Shown here piece by piece: positions 61,060-64,000 of a stretch of DNA of 64,000 bases. The notes under the pieces were generated by a model. That model did no database searches and was not told the origin of the DNA. It saw only the letters and a program-made list of their open reading frames with translations. This DNA comes from Raja brachyura. Lineage: Eukaryota. Numbering within the stretch: position 1 is the stretch's first letter; the number at the start of each line of letters is the position of its first letter. The position numbers were made by a program, and so were the translations under genes. The stretch spans positions 14,756,001 to 14,820,000 of the forward strand of contig OY740787.1 of assembly GCA_963514005.1 (NCBI GenBank), read 5' to 3'.

Positions 61060-61415
61060 GAGGGGAGACTTGATGGGAGTATATATAAAATTATGAGAGG
61101 CATAGAGAGGGTAGAGAGTCAGAACGTGTCCAACACTAGAGAGCACAGCTGTAAGGTGAGAAGGGGAAAGGTTTAATGGGGCAAGTTTTTTTTTACACAG
61201 GGAGTGATGGGGGCCTGGAACACAATGTCAGGCTTGGTGGGGGTGGAAGATATGATAGTCGTGTTTATGAGGCTTTTAGATAGGCACATGGAAGTTCATG
61301 CCATAGAGATGTATCGATCATATACAGGGAGATGAGATCAGTTTAACTGACGTCATGTTCAGCACAAACATTGTGGGCCGAAGGGCCCCGTTCCTGTGCT
61401 GTACTGTTCTACGTT
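61060..61415 (+). mobile_element. CR1-like LINE 3' end (older)
   Basis: IYKIMRGIERVES..NTREHSCKVR; tail gggccgaagggcc..ttcctgtgctgtactgttct. Confidence 0.7.
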
Positions 61416-62204
61416 CCATAATGCTCAGTTATCAGCGCCGAGGTTTTAGCTATATATCATCTGTATTAATAACCTACGGGAAGAGTCTGACAGCCTGGGG
61501 ACATTTGTAAATGATATAAAGATGGCTAGTTGGGAGCAGGATGCAAAGAATGTGTGAGGGGATCTGAATAGATTGAGCGAGTGGACAAAAGTTTACTGGA
61601 GTACAAAGGCTGGAAATGTCAGTTTGTTTGCTCTGCTCAAAACAAAAAGGACACAAGAGACTGCAGGTACAGGATTCATGAGCAAAAAAAAAAACAAAGT
61701 TCTCAGTGGAGTTCTGTGGAAGGTCCCAACCCAAAACATCATCCCCAGATGGAAAAAGGATCCCAAAACATCATCAACTGTCTGAATGAGGATGGGTCCG
61801 AGTTGGATAATCGTCTGTCCATTCCCGCCACAGATACCGCCTGACCTGTTGAGTTCCTCCAGCACTCCTTGCATGTGCCATACATGCCTCAAGAGTGGCG
61901 CAATCTCCATTCCCCATGATTTTAGTTTTTCCTGCACCTTGTCGATCCTCCCAAATTGTGGGAGGATTGTTTAACCATAATGGTTGTCAAAATCCAAGCT
62001 CTTCCCTGAGAATCTATCTGAGCGCTGTGCACCGGAATACAAAGTCCTGGTGTCTTTCAACTCCTTAGCCTGGAAAAGCCAAGGAGGTCTGTAATCCTGT
62101 TGCTATCCAGTCTGTATACCTTCTCCAAGGAAGGGCCACCATTTTATCCTTGTTTACCCATGTACTTAATGTGGCAAATCTGCTAATATGAGAAAGCATG
62201 GGTC

Positions 62205-62330
62205 GGAAGAAAGGTCTCGACCTGAAATGTCACCCGTTCCTTCTCTCCAGAGATGCTGCCTGTCCCGTTGAGTTACTCCAGCATTTTGTGTCTGTCTTCG
62301 GTTTAAATCAGAATCTGCAGTTCCTTCCAA
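62205..62330 (+). mobile_element. Penelope terminal repeat
   Basis: gaagaaaggtctcgacctgaaatgtcacc...ctgcagttccttcc. Confidence 0.7.
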
Positions 62331-62669
62331 GACATGATGAGTACGTTGGCAGACCTAGTTTTAGAGGGCACCTATTCTCTCAAAACACCCGAATTAGCAC
62401 CAGCTGATCGAAAAGGAATCAGGAATTATTGCTTCTTTGTTTGTGTTGTGTTGTTTATGTTTGGCCTAATGCTTTATAGCAATGTCTTAAATGATTAAAG
62501 CAATGTTATCATCATCGTGAGGTAACCTTTAATTTCCTTGCATGTTCTCTCGCATGTGTGGGTGACCTGTGAACGTGCAAAATAGGAGCAAGTGTAGACA
62601 ATACAACCTCTTGCGTCTACTCTACCTTTCACTGTGAATGAGTTACTAGGTTAATTGGGCCACTGAAAA

Positions 62670-62915
62670 TCAAAGTGTTTTGCAACCGGGAGATATTGTA
62701 AATCCAAGGCGGGCAGAGCGTAGGTGTCCAGCGGAACGACCGCCCAGTCTGCGCTTGGTCTCGCTGATATATAGGAGTCCACACTTGGAAGAGCCGATAA
62801 AGTAAATGAGGTTGGAGGAGGTGGAAGTGAACCTCTGCCTAACCTGAAAAGACTGTCGGGTTCCCTGGGTAGAGTCGAGGGAGGAGGTATGGGGACAGGT
62901 GTTGCATCTCCTGTG
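62670..62915 (-). mobile_element. Penelope GIY-YIG endonuclease fragment
   Basis: RRCNTCPHT...QSFQVRQRFTSTSSNLIYFIGSSKCGLLYISETKRRLGGR. Confidence 0.85.
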
Positions 62916-63591
62916 TTGTTCTTTAAAGGAGTAACATTTTAAAGTTAAAATTCCCCTGTTATTAATGTCCCTATGGGTTTCATCCTGGGTTGTCTGCAGC
63001 ATTGTTTGGGAGATGAATCTTTGATTTCTGGGGTCTCAAGAAAGTTGTCACATTAGTATTAAAAGAGCAATACAGTCCTTTAAAGAAGTAATTCCATTTA
63101 ATCCAATGGGATTGAGTTAAAATTTTGCTGATGGACATAAACATGTTATTTGGCAAACAGAGTTTCATCGGCACCTATATTTGATGATTTAGTCACACAC
63201 ATGCACACATGCCTAAACTCACAGAAATGTAACTCGATGGTTACATAAGCTAAATAACGAAGGCCATATAAGCCCATTTGGGTTGTGAGCCAGAGACCAT
63301 TGTATAAACACTAGCACATATTGGACCGCTGCCCCTGCCCACTGTTAAGGATACAGAAAACGTCATGAGCAATTTAATCAGCAATTATTTACTGTCACAG
63401 TCAATGGAATTTAAATAAGCAAAATTTCCATAAAGAGTCACAACTCGTTCAAGACAGCTCACTTCTGCATTCAGCCCGCCTGTGTCTCCAACCTCGATAC
63501 ATCAATTCTACTTGGGATATTTCACCAGTGTGGGTGCCTTTGACAAGGGCAGCATTTACTGCCTATCCTGAATTGCCTTTGACTTTACTGT

Positions 63592-63860
63592 AGACTTTAG
63601 AGATACAGTGTGGAATCAGGCCCTTCGGCCCACCGAGTCCGCGAAGACCAGTCATCACTCCCCACCTTCCCCCCCCCCGTACACACTAGGGACAATTTAC
63701 AATTTTTACGGAAGCCAATTAACCTACAAACCTGTACATTCTTGGAGTGTGGGAGGAAACCGAAGCACCCGGTCACAGGGAGAATGTACAAACTTTGTAC
63801 AGACAGTGTCAAGATTGTACCCCGGGTCTCTGGCCCTAGAAGGCAGCAACACCACCGATG
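63592..63860 (-). mobile_element. HE1/V-SINE inserted in an older SINE relic
   Basis: Reverse V-SINE; flanks 63530-63585 and 63870-63990 belong to one older element. Confidence 0.75.
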
Positions 63861-64000
63861 TGTGTTGAGTGCTGTACTAGGACATTTCAAAGTTAATTCC
63901 ATTTTTCTGGGCCAGGTGTCACAGGCAGACCAGGCTAGGTAAAAATGTCAGTTCTCCTCCTCTACAGCAAATTGGTTTTCCACCAACCGTTGGTGGCCAG

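Overview
This is eukaryotic (vertebrate) DNA, almost certainly from a cartilaginous fish; the repeat set (HE1/V-SINE, HER1/CR1-like LINEs, Penelope) suggests a skate or ray. The window is the 5' part of a + strand GLI zinc-finger gene, best called GLI2. Two coding exons are visible, 7448-7696 (249 bp, phase 1-1) and 60786-60891 (106 bp), separated by a 53-kb intron. The 106-bp exon is GLI2-type ([28 protein letters not shown]). The 249-bp exon matches GLI3 exon 3, which canonical mammalian, chicken and zebrafish GLI2 lack as I recall them, and it carries an RRNAI motif identical to the PKI pseudosubstrate core. The intron holds CR1 3' ends, V-SINEs, Penelope fragments and terminal repeats with minimal hammerhead-ribozyme cores, Rex/Babar- and RTE-like pieces, six PIF/Harbinger-like MITEs with odd inverted target triplets, a nested hAT element, a templated 0.7-kb duplication and several repeat-free blocks that look like conserved enhancers. 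There are no prokaryotic genes and no CRISPR array. Protein comparisons are from memory, and most repeat boundaries are approximate.
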